A stretch of DNA of 64,000 nt. Source: a virus. The translations under genes and the position numbers were made by a program. Numbering within the stretch: position 1 is the first letter of the stretch; each line of letters begins with the position of its first letter. Positions 1-10,455 of the stretch are shown in pieces. Location of the stretch: IMG/VR virus record IMGVR_UViG_3300047510_000439; one strand, given 5' to 3'. The notes beneath the pieces were generated by a model. It did no database searches. It worked only from the letters and a program-made list of their open reading frames with translations, and was not told where the DNA came from.

Positions 1-605
1 TAACAGCTATCCTGTTCCCAATACGGAATAAAAACTCCTCTACCGCCAGTTCTGTTTACATCACCACCTGTAGCTGTACCACCTGTATTAAAATATCCGC
101 TGATGCAGTTTGCATAACCGCAAACTGGCAGCGTAAATCCTACAGATGTAGGATTGTCATTAGAACTTGTTCTAGCAGTACTATTGCTTAAACAGGTCCA
201 AGATATTGCTGTTTCTGTAGCATTGTTAGCTGTTACCGTAGTAGCACCAGATGAAACTACACTTGCAGTTAAGCCTCCAATTGATCCTACACTAACTGAA
301 ACACTTGATCCAGGTGATAAGTCAGTAACTGTTTTTTCTGCGTAGCCGCCACCTGCGCCAGGAAGTATGCCTTTAAATCTCATACAGTAGTTTTGCGAAG
401 GTGTTGTAACACCCGAACAGCAGTTACTACTGCAAAAGAAAAATGAGGTTTCTCTATAGCAAGATCCTGCACCTATTACAAAAACTTTTGCTTGATTAAC
501 GCCTGCAGGAACAGTCCATGTGGTTGTACCAGGAGTCGTAAATACTTTAGCGTATTTGTATCCTGTAGCTGTATTACTTTCAGTAATGTTTACAAATCTT
601 CCCAT
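1..605 (-). CDS. Gly/Cys-rich fibre-associated protein, N-terminal part only (gene runs off the window start)
   Basis: Hand translation from ATG 605..603 gives MGRFVNITESNTATGYKYAKVFTTPGTTTWTVPAGVNQAKVFVIGAGSCYRETSFFFCSSNCCSGVTTPSQNYCMRFKGILPGAGGGYAEKTV... Every codon down to position 3 was checked and no stop found. It is absent from the ORF track because it is open-ended. The TWTVPAGV..V.VIGAG...GGGY pattern resembles glycine-rich domains of phage fibre proteins (from memory). Confidence 0.6.
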   Translation of the reverse strand, partial: MGRFVNITESNTATGYKYAKVFTTPGTTTWTVPAGVNQAKVFVIGAGSCYRETSFFFCSSNCCSGVTTPSQNYCMRFKGILPGAGGGYAEKTVTDLSPGSSVSVSVGSIGGLTASVVSSGATTVTANNATETAISWTCLSNSTARTSSNDNPTSVGFTLPVCGYANCISGYFNTGGTATGGDVNRTGGRGVFIPYWEQDSC

Positions 606-616
606 TTTTTAGTTCC

Positions 617-937
617 TTACACCGTAGATGTTTCGATACCGTAGGCAACGGCACTAACACTGGTTGCACTTGCACGAACTACTAGTAGTTTACCTGCATC
701 AATAACTATACCAGTGCGTTCAAGTACACCTTTAGGTGCAATCGCTGCTTCGTATTCTAAATATTCACTATCACTAGGAGTAGCTGAACTAGCCATTGCT
801 AATCTAACAGTTACCGTACTAGAACCTCTATTGCAAAATGATACAGATGCAATAGCAAATGTGCTAGATGGGCAAGTATACAACGTAGTATTCGTTGTAG
901 CTGCTAAATCAAGGGCTCCTAATCTTCCTGTTGCCAT
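617..937 (-). CDS. small (~110 aa) fibre-cassette protein, paralog C
   Basis: 106 aa ORF. It shares size and pattern with 10843-11172 and 18175-18513: MA start, ...L/Y..P....I.S...CN, then ...P.G.........L..G..L.V.A......V.Y.E. It is tightly packed between fibre genes. Confidence 0.75.
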   Translation of the reverse strand: MATGRLGALDLAATTNTTLYTCPSSTFAIASVSFCNRGSSTVTVRLAMASSATPSDSEYLEYEAAIAPKGVLERTGIVIDAGKLLVVRASATSVSAVAYGIETSTV

Positions 938-950
938 AATATGTTCTCCA

Positions 951-3900
951 TTAACTTGATGCTAAGAAGTAGTTTAGGGCCAATGGTGAACCGTCTACTC
1001 CTTGTTTAAAATTCATTCTCTTGTTTATATTAATCGGACCACCACTAGTAGTAGTTATCTGATTTGTTGAAATTACAACATCTCCCGCTGTAACTGTATT
1101 TACATTTAATATGGCACCACCGCCACCAATTTGCGATTCAATGTAAGTTCTAATAGCTCTCTGAGTTGGAACAATACTATCGCTGTTGGCTGCAAATGTT
1201 CCGTCTGTTGAAAACTCGTTAACAGCAGTGTTTGAGCTTCCTAGTGTTACTGAACCTAACTGTAGTTCCTGTAGACCGCTTAGGTTAAAGGCATTAGCAT
1301 TTAGCGTTGATCTACCAGTTGACTGTTCAACTGAGAACAAATCACCTACTCTAAAGTTACCATCTTGGTCAGTGCTGGTAAAGAACACACGACCGCCGCC
1401 AAATTCTTTAGTTTCTTTAGTTTGATCTGGTGCTATTAAAGGTGTTCCAGGATAGTTTGTATTTGCAAAATTACCTGTACCAATATCTAAGAAGTCATGA
1501 CCTGTTAAGCGTACTTGGCTGTATCTAATTCTAATAGTAGCTGTAGTTAAATGTTCTGGTGCTAGAGCAATAGTAACTTCTGGGCTCAACTGTAATCTAG
1601 CTGTATAAGGTCCTGAACCTAACAGTTCAGTTACTGATACTAATTTGTATACAGATGAATTACCATCAAAGACTACGTTAGAGCCAGCAGTTGGTACAGA
1701 AGTTAGTCCTGACATGTTAACATAGAAACCGTTTTGGTATTGATCTCTATAACCTTCACCAGTCATAAACGCACCAGTAGCTGAATAGCCAACTCCGCCT
1801 GATACTATTGACGGACTGCCTAGCGCACCGTTTCCTGTTCTTACAGTATAAGTTGCTTCACTGGTATTCACAGGATCTGTTATTGTTATAGTTGGTACTG
1901 AAGCATATCCGCTGCCTGGTTCCCACAAATTAATTGCTGATATCTGTCCACTAGCAACTACTGCTCTGCCTTGAGTGCGTGTTATGTTTGGTATAGATAA
2001 TGCACTAGATGCTCCTGTAGCAATAATAGTCCATATTGGGTTGCTGCTTGGATTACCAAAACCAACAGTTGTCCACGTATCTGAACTTACTGCTCTTGAT
2101 GTCCATGTAATGCCGTCTGTGCTTGTTGCAATAGCAACTGATGTACCACCGCCATAGCCGGCTATAGCAATGAACGTTCCTTGACCGTAGTGTATTTCTT
2201 TCCATGTGCTGGACGCTGGCAGTGTTGCAGATACCCAGGTTATACCATCAAAGGAATAAGCTGCGTCTGCACTGCCTGTGGCTACTGCTACGAATCTTCC
2301 ATTGCCGTAGGTTACACTGGTCCAGTTAGCACTAGCTGGTAGTGTTGCTGCTAACCAAGTTGTGCCGTTAGTACTATAAGCAGCAGCAGTACTTGCTCCA
2401 CTTGCACCTGATATTGCAACAAACTTGTTTTTACCATAAGTTACACTGTTCCATGTAGTGCTTGAGGGCAATGCGCCGCCTGCTGTCCAACTAGTACCGT
2501 TAGTGCTGTATGCTGTATCAGTTCCGCCACTGGCTACTGCTACAAATCTGCTTCCGCCAAATGCAACACTAGTCCATGTAACTGATGCAGGAAGTGTTGC
2601 AGCAGTCCATGATGTACCACCGTTTGTAGAGTACGCTGCATTTGTGCCGCCGCTGGCTACAGCAACATGATAAGTTGTACTACTAATAACACCGCTATCA
2701 ACAGAGCTCCATGTAGCACTTGCTGGTAATGCGCCACCAGCAGTCCACGAAGTACCATTTGACGAATAAGCAGAATCTGTTCCGCCGCTGGCTACTGCTA
2801 CAAACTGGCCGCCTCCATATGCTACAGAAGTCCAATTAGACGGTGAAGGCATCGTTCTAGATGAAGCTGTATATGTTGGTGCTGTAAATTCAATTCTTGG
2901 TTCTATCTGATATACTGTAGTTAAATCTAATGTTGATTCAATAGTAGTACCAGGTACAACATGATCCCATCCAGCTGTTCCTGTTGATTCTTTGTAGATA
3001 GTAGCTACCTTAGTACCCGAATCGTATGCTTGTACGTAGCCGTATTGACCTACACCTTTACCGCTAGCAACGACTACTCTCATTCCTAAGTATTGTGTGC
3101 TAATACCTGTGTCAGCGCCTGACAATGTAATACTAGTTGTGTTACCTGTTTGAGCTATTCCTGATGGATAGCCGTAATCAGCGCCGGCAGTTAACATTCT
3201 TACTTCAAAGACAGCACCGTCTCTAATTTCATCTCCAACGACAGTCGCGCCAAAGCCATTACCAGTAAAGGTAAATGCATTATTTGAAGTTGTGTACTCG
3301 CTACCTGCATTCTTGTATTCAAGTCTTAGAATGCTGTTACCGTTAGTGAACACATTACCAATTTCTGCTTCATAAGCTCTGTTGTTTACTGTTCCGGTAA
3401 TAGGAGTTTCTGAAACATCAAAACCTTCTGCTACGCAACCAAACGAGCCATATGATGAGTTTCCGTTTGTTGCACGAATTTTTCCGCCGTGTTCTGCTAG
3501 GTAACCTATGTGTCCATAATAAGAGAACACAGAAACAAGTTCTGATCTGCCTAACTCTGTACACCATACGCCAATACCGTCACTTAGTACTTGTGTAAAG
3601 TCGTTAGCAACAATAGAATCATTACCACCGTTGTGCAAGCTGCCGTCTATTTTTAGACCAACGCAGGCTGTACCAAATGTAGTAACGTTCTGAACATATG
3701 GGGACTTGTTAATAATCCATGCCTTAGTATCGTTGGGACCCCAACCTGGATCTAAACTAACAAACGCACCTGCACTTGGTCTACGTGTTCCAAACGCATT
3801 TGGTGATCCTAGCGTACCTGTTAGACCTTGAACAGTACAGTTACGAAGACCTGTACCATTTCTCATGTAGAACATGTCTTCTTCTAAGCAACCATTAACT

Positions 3901-6425
3901 GCATTTACGTAATAACGAGCAGCTAACAGTGATTTGTAATTGCCTGTATAAATTAAATCGTATTTGATAGCATCTAAGTACCTATCAACGTCTCGTGCGC
4001 ACTTAGCTGAATCATATACATATGATGGATAGGTAACTGCAATATATGCTAAAATTTCAGCTTTAATAAATGCTCTGTTAGCTTCAATAGATTCAACAGC
4101 ATAGGTATAACCAGTTGATGTTTCAGGCGTATTACTACCTGCTGAAAGCGGAACAGTTGAGTCACCTGTTGCTCCGTTTACACCCCAATTAATGTAGTCC
4201 TGCATCTGTTGCACTAGTTCAGCTGCAACAGTTCCTGCACCTGCTGAACCAGCTGGTCTAGTTGTAACTTGTGTTTCAGTATTGCCTACCGAAGGAGTAA
4301 CAGCTATATTTTGTGATATGTTACCAATAATAGCTTCTAATCTTGCTAGTCCTGCTAGACTGTAAGGCGTGTCTGCTGAATCAACTAAACTTCCTGCTGG
4401 TAAAATTCGTGTGCTTCTTAGTTCGTCACCTACTACTGCGGTGTTCTCTGGAACAATGATCGGGGTAACTTCGTAGAATTCACCTGTTTTAACAAATATA
4501 GTATGTGTTGGCTTTCTTTCTACAACAATGTTTGCGAATAGTCCACTGTCTACAGGATCACTGATTACATCTAGAAGTGTTTCTAGTGCTGCTTGAGCGC
4601 CTGTTTCTTCAACCAGTGCTGTATTAATAACTTGTGTTATAGGACTTGGCACACTGTTTAGTGTTTGGTAATTAGCTGCTGGCGCAACATTTGATATAAC
4701 AGCATCAATCAATGTAGCCATATATCCCAATGCTGCTGCAAACTGATCAGCTTCGTCAGTCATTGCTGCAATAAGTGTGCCGCCACTAAAATAGCTTGCA
4801 ACCATACTTCTACTGCGAGCATTTCCGCCATGAGAGATATCCCATACCAGTGCATCTACTATTTTACCAAATTCTACTTCAGTAAGATATTCATTGTCAT
4901 TAACAAATCCTGACCAGATACCAGCGCCTCCGGTGATCTGATATGTTACCCAATTAAATATTTCTGCTTGGATAAAGCTTCTATTTTTTTCTAACGATGT
5001 TTTAACATTAGGATTTCTATGTCCTGCTTCAACTCTTTCCGCAGCATATCTTACTGTTTTAAAAGGTTTATCTAGAGTGTAACCGTAATCTAATTCATCT
5101 GTTCCGTTTGGTTCTACGTAGTAGACTCCGTCAATTTGACCCCATGTGTCCCATGATAAATTTCCTGCTGTAACTTTTAGTACTTGACCATCTGTTCCTA
5201 TAGGCAGTCTTGCAGGGCCTGAACCACTGTAGTAAACAATATCACCTTGTGTGGTCATTACAGTAGTTTCAACACCACCTGTTAATAGATTCCAATATGT
5301 TCCAAGTGTATCAACATCTGGTCTATTAGTAGCTGTTGCAGATGTGTGTGACAATACGCAGACATATGTAAAATTGTTATACTTTACTGAATCACCTAGC
5401 TCATAATCTGTAGCGTCTGCCCATGCGCTTCTCCACTTATAACCATAATTAAGTCTTTGCCAGTAGGTTGTAAGAGGTGGCTTGTTGCCTGATGAAGATG
5501 TATGATCTCCTGTGCATAGATAAGTGTAACCATTTAATCTAACAACATCACCTACCTTATAGTCTGTAGCTAGAGCAAAATCACCTATAAACTTAAATCC
5601 TGTTGAGAACAAATCCCAATTAGTTGAAGAAGATGTTGGTGTTTGATTAGAATGGTTTGTTTTTGCTACGTACTGATATCCGCCGTAAGTAACAACGTCA
5701 CCTGGCTGATAAACAGTAACTGAACTCCAACTATCTTCAAATTCTAAACCTTCTACAAATTGGCCCCACCTGCCGTTATCTTCATCAGTTTCAAAGGTTA
5801 CTGCAACGTTTGACGTGTGGTACAAGGTGCATATCCAAAGGCCGCCGCCGTACTTTACAACATCATTTTTCTTGTATCTTACTGTTGAATTACTCCAAGT
5901 TCCTTTATAATCAAAACTCTGGGTGACAATATCCCACTTAAGGATATCGTCTTCTAAACCCAACGTTGCTGTAGCAGCACTAGTGTGACTGTCGTTACAT
6001 CTATAAACAGTAGCACCGTAACGAACTACATCGCCTAATTTATAATAAGTTGCTGTAGACCAGTTACCTTTCCAATCAAACGAAGCTGTTGCAAAAGTTT
6101 CCCATTTGGATTGATCATCTTCAAGATAAGTTTGAGAAGTATGCCCTGTTGAACATATATAGACTAAACTACCCCATGTAACTAGATCGCCTAGCTTATA
6201 GTATGTGGATCCTGTCCAATTACCTTTGTATTCTTGGCCATCACTGGCTAAGTTCCATTTTGCTGCATCGAGGTCAATGTAAAAATCGCCTGCTGAAGTA
6301 TGTCCTTCGATACATATATACGTTTTTCCGCCATAACGAATTACGTCATCTCTATAGTAGGTAGTAGAAGAATTCCATAGGTTTTTCCAAACAAATCTAA
6401 TTCTACCTAATTTAAACTCAGCCAT
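951..6425 (-). CDS. giant fibre/receptor-binding-type structural protein (1824 aa)
   Basis: N-terminal tandem W..Y..GD.V.YGG..Y.C...HTS units (CBM5/12-like). YYVEPNGTD..PFKTVRYA...IFVKTGEFYE..IVPENTAVVGDELRSTRI is pectate-lyase-like beta-helix entry. Also seven ~43 aa propeller-like repeats, a GSGY Ig-like module, and a C-terminal STDQDGNFRVGDLF module shared with 6464-10444. Confidence 0.85.
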   Translation of the reverse strand: MAEFKLGRIRFVWKNLWNSSTTYYRDDVIRYGGKTYICIEGHTSAGDFYIDLDAAKWNLASDGQEYKGNWTGSTYYKLGDLVTWGSLVYICSTGHTSQTYLEDDQSKWETFATASFDWKGNWSTATYYKLGDVVRYGATVYRCNDSHTSAATATLGLEDDILKWDIVTQSFDYKGTWSNSTVRYKKNDVVKYGGGLWICTLYHTSNVAVTFETDEDNGRWGQFVEGLEFEDSWSSVTVYQPGDVVTYGGYQYVAKTNHSNQTPTSSSTNWDLFSTGFKFIGDFALATDYKVGDVVRLNGYTYLCTGDHTSSSGNKPPLTTYWQRLNYGYKWRSAWADATDYELGDSVKYNNFTYVCVLSHTSATATNRPDVDTLGTYWNLLTGGVETTVMTTQGDIVYYSGSGPARLPIGTDGQVLKVTAGNLSWDTWGQIDGVYYVEPNGTDELDYGYTLDKPFKTVRYAAERVEAGHRNPNVKTSLEKNRSFIQAEIFNWVTYQITGGAGIWSGFVNDNEYLTEVEFGKIVDALVWDISHGGNARSRSMVASYFSGGTLIAAMTDEADQFAAALGYMATLIDAVISNVAPAANYQTLNSVPSPITQVINTALVEETGAQAALETLLDVISDPVDSGLFANIVVERKPTHTIFVKTGEFYEVTPIIVPENTAVVGDELRSTRILPAGSLVDSADTPYSLAGLARLEAIIGNISQNIAVTPSVGNTETQVTTRPAGSAGAGTVAAELVQQMQDYINWGVNGATGDSTVPLSAGSNTPETSTGYTYAVESIEANRAFIKAEILAYIAVTYPSYVYDSAKCARDVDRYLDAIKYDLIYTGNYKSLLAARYYVNAVNGCLEEDMFYMRNGTGLRNCTVQGLTGTLGSPNAFGTRRPSAGAFVSLDPGWGPNDTKAWIINKSPYVQNVTTFGTACVGLKIDGSLHNGGNDSIVANDFTQVLSDGIGVWCTELGRSELVSVFSYYGHIGYLAEHGGKIRATNGNSSYGSFGCVAEGFDVSETPITGTVNNRAYEAEIGNVFTNGNSILRLEYKNAGSEYTTSNNAFTFTGNGFGATVVGDEIRDGAVFEVRMLTAGADYGYPSGIAQTGNTTSITLSGADTGISTQYLGMRVVVASGKGVGQYGYVQAYDSGTKVATIYKESTGTAGWDHVVPGTTIESTLDLTTVYQIEPRIEFTAPTYTASSRTMPSPSNWTSVAYGGGQFVAVASGGTDSAYSSNGTSWTAGGALPASATWSSVDSGVISSTTYHVAVASGGTNAAYSTNGGTSWTAATLPASVTWTSVAFGGSRFVAVASGGTDTAYSTNGTSWTAGGALPSSTTWNSVTYGKNKFVAISGASGASTAAAYSTNGTTWLAATLPASANWTSVTYGNGRFVAVATGSADAAYSFDGITWVSATLPASSTWKEIHYGQGTFIAIAGYGGGTSVAIATSTDGITWTSRAVSSDTWTTVGFGNPSSNPIWTIIATGASSALSIPNITRTQGRAVVASGQISAINLWEPGSGYASVPTITITDPVNTSEATYTVRTGNGALGSPSIVSGGVGYSATGAFMTGEGYRDQYQNGFYVNMSGLTSVPTAGSNVVFDGNSSVYKLVSVTELLGSGPYTARLQLSPEVTIALAPEHLTTATIRIRYSQVRLTGHDFLDIGTGNFANTNYPGTPLIAPDQTKETKEFGGGRVFFTSTDQDGNFRVGDLFSVEQSTGRSTLNANAFNLSGLQELQLGSVTLGSSNTAVNEFSTDGTFAANSDSIVPTQRAIRTYIESQIGGGGAILNVNTVTAGDVVISTNQITTTSGGPININKRMNFKQGVDGSPLALNYFLASS
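1990..2865 (-). repeat. seven tandem ~126-135 nt coding repeats (W.SV.YG.G.FVAVA.GGT..AYS.NGT.W.A..LP) inside the 1824 aa gene
   Basis: Protein-level repeats read from the track translation (NWTSVAYGGGQFVAVASGGTDSAYSSNGTSWTAGGALPASAT ... seven times). This fits a 7-bladed beta-propeller. Coordinates are approximate. Confidence 0.6.
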
Positions 6426-6453
6426 CTTATACTCCAGTATCCTTAGTTATTAA

Positions 6454-6461
6454 TATTTATC
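6454..6461 (-). promoter_or_regulatory. late-promoter-like motif GATAAATA
   Basis: Minus strand reads GATAAATAttaataactaaGGAtactGGAGtataagATG. The motif lies 28 nt upstream of the 1824 aa gene start. The T4 gp55-dependent late promoter consensus is TATAAATA. Confidence 0.45.
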
Positions 6462-6463
6462 CA

Positions 6464-9400
6464 TTATCGCTTAAAGTAAGCAAGTGCTAGTAAACTACCT
6501 TCAACACCACCAGTAAAACGTGCTACTGCATCAAAATCTATACTCCCTGTTGCCGAAGTAATTTGATTGTTGTTAATAATTATCTGTCCAGCACGTAATT
6601 GGCTAACGTTGAGATCCTCACCACCACCACCAATTTGAGCAGCTATGTAAGTTTTTAAAGCTCTTTGCGTAGGCACAATATTGTTAGAATTTGCACCTAA
6701 CGTTGCATCAGTGCTGAATTCTCTAATTACAGCACCTGTTCCTCCCAGTACAACACCGCCTAATCTTAACTCAGTTAAACCTGTTAGGTCAAAAGCGTCA
6801 GCATTTAGTGTAATAATACCTGTGGCCTGTTCAACTTTAAACAATTCGCCTACACGGAAGTTACCGTCTTGGTCGGTTGAAGTATAGAATACTCGTCCGC
6901 CGCCTGCGTCATTTGTTTCTCTAAAAGCTTCAGGTTCATTTTGAGGAAGTCCTGGATAATTTGTTTCTACAAAATTACCTGTGCCAATATCTAAGAAGTC
7001 ATGACCTGTTAGTCGTACTTGACTATAGTTTTCTCTAACAGTAATTGCAGAAGAGTGTGCGGGTGATTCATACGTATCTATTCTAGGACTTACTCTAAGT
7101 TTAGCACTTTGATTTCCTAAACTACCGGTTATATCTTCTATAGTTACTAGTCTATAAACGGTAGAATTTCCATTAAATTGTACGTTAGCACCGGGTCCTG
7201 GTTGTCCAGTTAAACCAGTTACCCATATGTAACTTCCTGTTTGGAATGCATCTTGTAGACCAACACCAGTAACTGTTGCATTAGCCGTAACATATCCGGT
7301 TCCTCTATTAGAAAAAGTAGGCTGTGCTAGTACACCACTTCCTATTCTTGCTGTCCAAGTACCTGTAGAAGTAGCATTAGGATCAACTACAGTAATAGTA
7401 GGTTGATTCAAATATCCTGAACCGGGATTTATAATCCTAAAACTTCCTATTCTACCAGAAGCTATTGCTACTCTAGCTGTTGCTCTAGTACCAGTTCCTA
7501 CAGAAATAATAACTCTTGGTTCAATCTGATATCTGCTGGTGCTAGCTGGATCAACAATAGGTGTGCCGGATAACATGTGATCCCATCCAGATGTATCATC
7601 TGATTCTTTAGATATAGAAGCTATCTTAGTAAGAGGATCGTATGCAGATATATAACCATATTGTCCTACGCCTGCGCCTGATATAATAACTAACTTCATA
7701 CCAAGATAAACAGATTCTTCACTCTCATCACTATTCGCTAGAGTTATAGTACCTGATGAACCGCTGCCCCCTTGTGCATAGTTTTGTCTTATTAGATAAC
7801 CAGTGCCGCCCACAGTTCCCGAATCGTACGGGTCTGTTATTCTAATTTCATAAATTCCGTTTGTTACTACGTTTGCACTGCTAACTGCTGCGTTAAGACC
7901 TGCACCCGTAAATGTATAAGCTGCGGCAGAGTCGTAGTTAATACCAGCGTTAGTGTATTCTAAACTTAGTATTTGATCTCCATCTGTGAACACATAACCA
8001 ATTTGTGCTTCAAAATTTCTATTGTTTACACTACCAGTAATAGGAGTCTCTGTAGCATCAATTCCTTCTGCTATAGAACCGTAGTCTCCATAAGAATTAT
8101 TTCCGTTAGTAGCACGAATTTTTCCGCCAGCAGTTGCAAGATAGCCAACATGACAGTAGTAGGTAAACACAGAAACAAGTTCTGCTCTTCCTAGATCTGT
8201 AATCCAACAACCTATACCGTCACTTATGACTTGTGTAAAGTCGTTGGCAACTATAGAATCATTGCCGCCGGCATGTAGAGAGCCATCAACCTTTAACCCT
8301 ACGCATCCTGTACCAAATGTAGTAACGTTTTGAATATACGGAGATTTATTAGTAATCCATACTGTTGAGTCGCCTGTTCCTGTGCCAGGATCTAGCGAAA
8401 CAAATTTTACATCATTTAATGGTCGCTGAGTAAAATATTCGTTAGGTGATGACAATGTATCAAATAATCCCTGTAGAGTCATGTTTCTTATGCCTGTGGC
8501 ATTTCTAACATAAAACATGTCAGTACTTTCATATCCAGCTGCTGGTTGTACTATAGTACTTCTTAACTCGTCACCAACTAATGCTACACCTGCAGGTATA
8601 CTAATAGGTAACTCTTCTTCGTATACACCTGTTTTTATAAAAATAGTTGCAGGGCCTGTTATGTTTGCACAGGCATACTTAATTGTTCTCCACGGCTCGT
8701 TAAGAGTAGTTCCTCTTCCAGCTGCGTCAACACCGTCTGTTGCTACATAGTACACTTTTGAAACGTTGCCAAATAAATCCCAATCAAATGTAGTTCCGTT
8801 AGATACTTTAATTAATTCATTTTCGCTACCCTTTGGAAACCTATCCTTTGCTCCACTGTTATACCATAGAATATCACCCTGTGCTGCTAGAACGTTAGAT
8901 GAATGTCCTTCTACATATACATCCCAATATGTTCCCGAACCTGCTATGTCTGTGTCTGGGCGTGTAGGTGATGACCCTGTGTGTGCTAATTTACAAACAT
9001 AAGTAGTTGAACCGTATGTTGCTAAGTCGCCTAGTTTATAGGATATACCAGTTATCCATAGACCTCGCCATGCTTCGCTGGGAGAAACTATTTCCCAATA
9101 AGATAAGTTTGGTGGTTCTTCATTAGTGTTGTCTGCTACTGCAACATAAAGATAGCCTCTGTGTCTTACAACATTGCCAACTTCGTACGCTGGACCTACT
9201 GCCCAATCACCGTCAAACGTGTATCTTTCAGAGACTGGTTGCCAATATGCACTAGCAGTTACAGGATTTTGATTAGTGTTGTTTTGTTTTGCTCTATAAT
9301 TATAACCGCCGTACCAAACAACATCACCTTGTTGATAGTATGTAGAACTATCGTAAATACTTTCAAATTCTAAACCTTCAAGGTAAACTGTCCAGTTAGC

Positions 9401-10444
9401 TAGATTAGCAGCAAAACCTGTAGATGTATGTTCTGTATTTGCTACCCAAAGGGTAGAACCGTACTTAACTATGTCGCCAACTTTATAGCGTACAGCTTGT
9501 GCCCAGTCACCGATAAAATGTGTACCGTCATACACAGTGTCCCATTTTTCAATGTCAGCTTCTAATCCGCTTGACACTGTAGATGCACTGGTATGTCCTG
9601 TGTTGCATCTATAAACTATGCCACCGTATACTACTAGATCTCCTACTTTATATCTCGTACTAGTTAGCCAAACATTTTTCCAGTCTTCAGATTCAGTTAC
9701 TTCTCTCCAGAAACGTTGATTGACTTCTAATCCTAGTGAAGCTAATATTGTTGAGGTATGGATAGTTAAGCACTCGTATATTTTACCGCCATAACGTACT
9801 TTATCTCTTTCGTTGTAAAGTGTATTAAGTTGCCATGTGCCGCGCCAATGTGATCCTTCAAACATCAGCTCCCAAGTTGAACTTGTTGATGCAGCTATTG
9901 AGTTTCCGTAGCCTGTAGCAGCCTGTGACCAATAGTATAATGTGTTTGGAGTATCATCTTTAATTTCAATCCTAACCTCTCTAAGACCAGCAGAAGAAAA
10001 TCCTGAAACATATCCAGTAGCACTTACTTCAACATTGTCTAGATAATAAGTTACGTTTTTTGTATAGTTACTGCCGCCGCCGTAAAATCCATTGGCTGTA
10101 GATGAAAAGTATAAAGGATGTTGACTTGCTGAAAAAGAAACGTTAGATGCATCATTTTGATTAAAAATATAAGGTCTACCCTTTTTAAGTGTTAAGTCAG
10201 GTCTTTCAACACCATTAATAAAAAACACATCAGCTGTGTCTGCTGTATTTCTAGCAACAGTTACTACTAGATCTCTCGGTGTGCTACCAAAGTCAGTATA
10301 AAAAGCACTGCTCGAAGTATGCGAATCTAATGCTACATAGGCTTTGCCTGCATAATACACTACATCGTCTTTGGTATAGTCTGTAGCAGGTGCCCAGTTA
10401 CCTGTCCATCTAAATTTAAGTCTATCTATTTTAAAATTAGCCAT
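6464..10444 (-). CDS. giant fibre/receptor-binding-type structural protein (1326 aa), paralog of 951-6425
   Basis: The same N-terminus (MANFKIDRLKFRW..W...DY..DDVV.Y.GK.Y), the same HTS repeats, and a beta-helix region (VYYVATDGVDAAGRGTTLNEPWRTIKYA...IFIKTGVYEE). The C-terminal RLTGHDFLDIGTGNF...STDQDGNFRVGELF module is also shared, and blocks of near-identical DNA occur in both genes. Confidence 0.85.
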   Translation of the reverse strand: MANFKIDRLKFRWTGNWAPATDYTKDDVVYYAGKAYVALDSHTSSSAFYTDFGSTPRDLVVTVARNTADTADVFFINGVERPDLTLKKGRPYIFNQNDASNVSFSASQHPLYFSSTANGFYGGGSNYTKNVTYYLDNVEVSATGYVSGFSSAGLREVRIEIKDDTPNTLYYWSQAATGYGNSIAASTSSTWELMFEGSHWRGTWQLNTLYNERDKVRYGGKIYECLTIHTSTILASLGLEVNQRFWREVTESEDWKNVWLTSTRYKVGDLVVYGGIVYRCNTGHTSASTVSSGLEADIEKWDTVYDGTHFIGDWAQAVRYKVGDIVKYGSTLWVANTEHTSTGFAANLANWTVYLEGLEFESIYDSSTYYQQGDVVWYGGYNYRAKQNNTNQNPVTASAYWQPVSERYTFDGDWAVGPAYEVGNVVRHRGYLYVAVADNTNEEPPNLSYWEIVSPSEAWRGLWITGISYKLGDLATYGSTTYVCKLAHTGSSPTRPDTDIAGSGTYWDVYVEGHSSNVLAAQGDILWYNSGAKDRFPKGSENELIKVSNGTTFDWDLFGNVSKVYYVATDGVDAAGRGTTLNEPWRTIKYACANITGPATIFIKTGVYEEELPISIPAGVALVGDELRSTIVQPAAGYESTDMFYVRNATGIRNMTLQGLFDTLSSPNEYFTQRPLNDVKFVSLDPGTGTGDSTVWITNKSPYIQNVTTFGTGCVGLKVDGSLHAGGNDSIVANDFTQVISDGIGCWITDLGRAELVSVFTYYCHVGYLATAGGKIRATNGNNSYGDYGSIAEGIDATETPITGSVNNRNFEAQIGYVFTDGDQILSLEYTNAGINYDSAAAYTFTGAGLNAAVSSANVVTNGIYEIRITDPYDSGTVGGTGYLIRQNYAQGGSGSSGTITLANSDESEESVYLGMKLVIISGAGVGQYGYISAYDPLTKIASISKESDDTSGWDHMLSGTPIVDPASTSRYQIEPRVIISVGTGTRATARVAIASGRIGSFRIINPGSGYLNQPTITVVDPNATSTGTWTARIGSGVLAQPTFSNRGTGYVTANATVTGVGLQDAFQTGSYIWVTGLTGQPGPGANVQFNGNSTVYRLVTIEDITGSLGNQSAKLRVSPRIDTYESPAHSSAITVRENYSQVRLTGHDFLDIGTGNFVETNYPGLPQNEPEAFRETNDAGGGRVFYTSTDQDGNFRVGELFKVEQATGIITLNADAFDLTGLTELRLGGVVLGGTGAVIREFSTDATLGANSNNIVPTQRALKTYIAAQIGGGGEDLNVSQLRAGQIIINNNQITSATGSIDFDAVARFTGGVEGSLLALAYFKR

Positions 10445-10455
10445 AGTTGTAACCT

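Noticed and set aside
154-959. Plus-strand ORFs 154-345 and 714-959
   Set aside because: They are antisense to the open-ended minus-strand ORF (1-605) and to the 106 aa paralog. All surrounding genes are on the minus strand.
951-10444. Diversity-generating retroelement (template/variable repeat) in the fibre genes
   Set aside because: The near-identical DNA blocks between paralogs do not show adenine-specific mismatches, and there is no reverse transcriptase ORF in the window.
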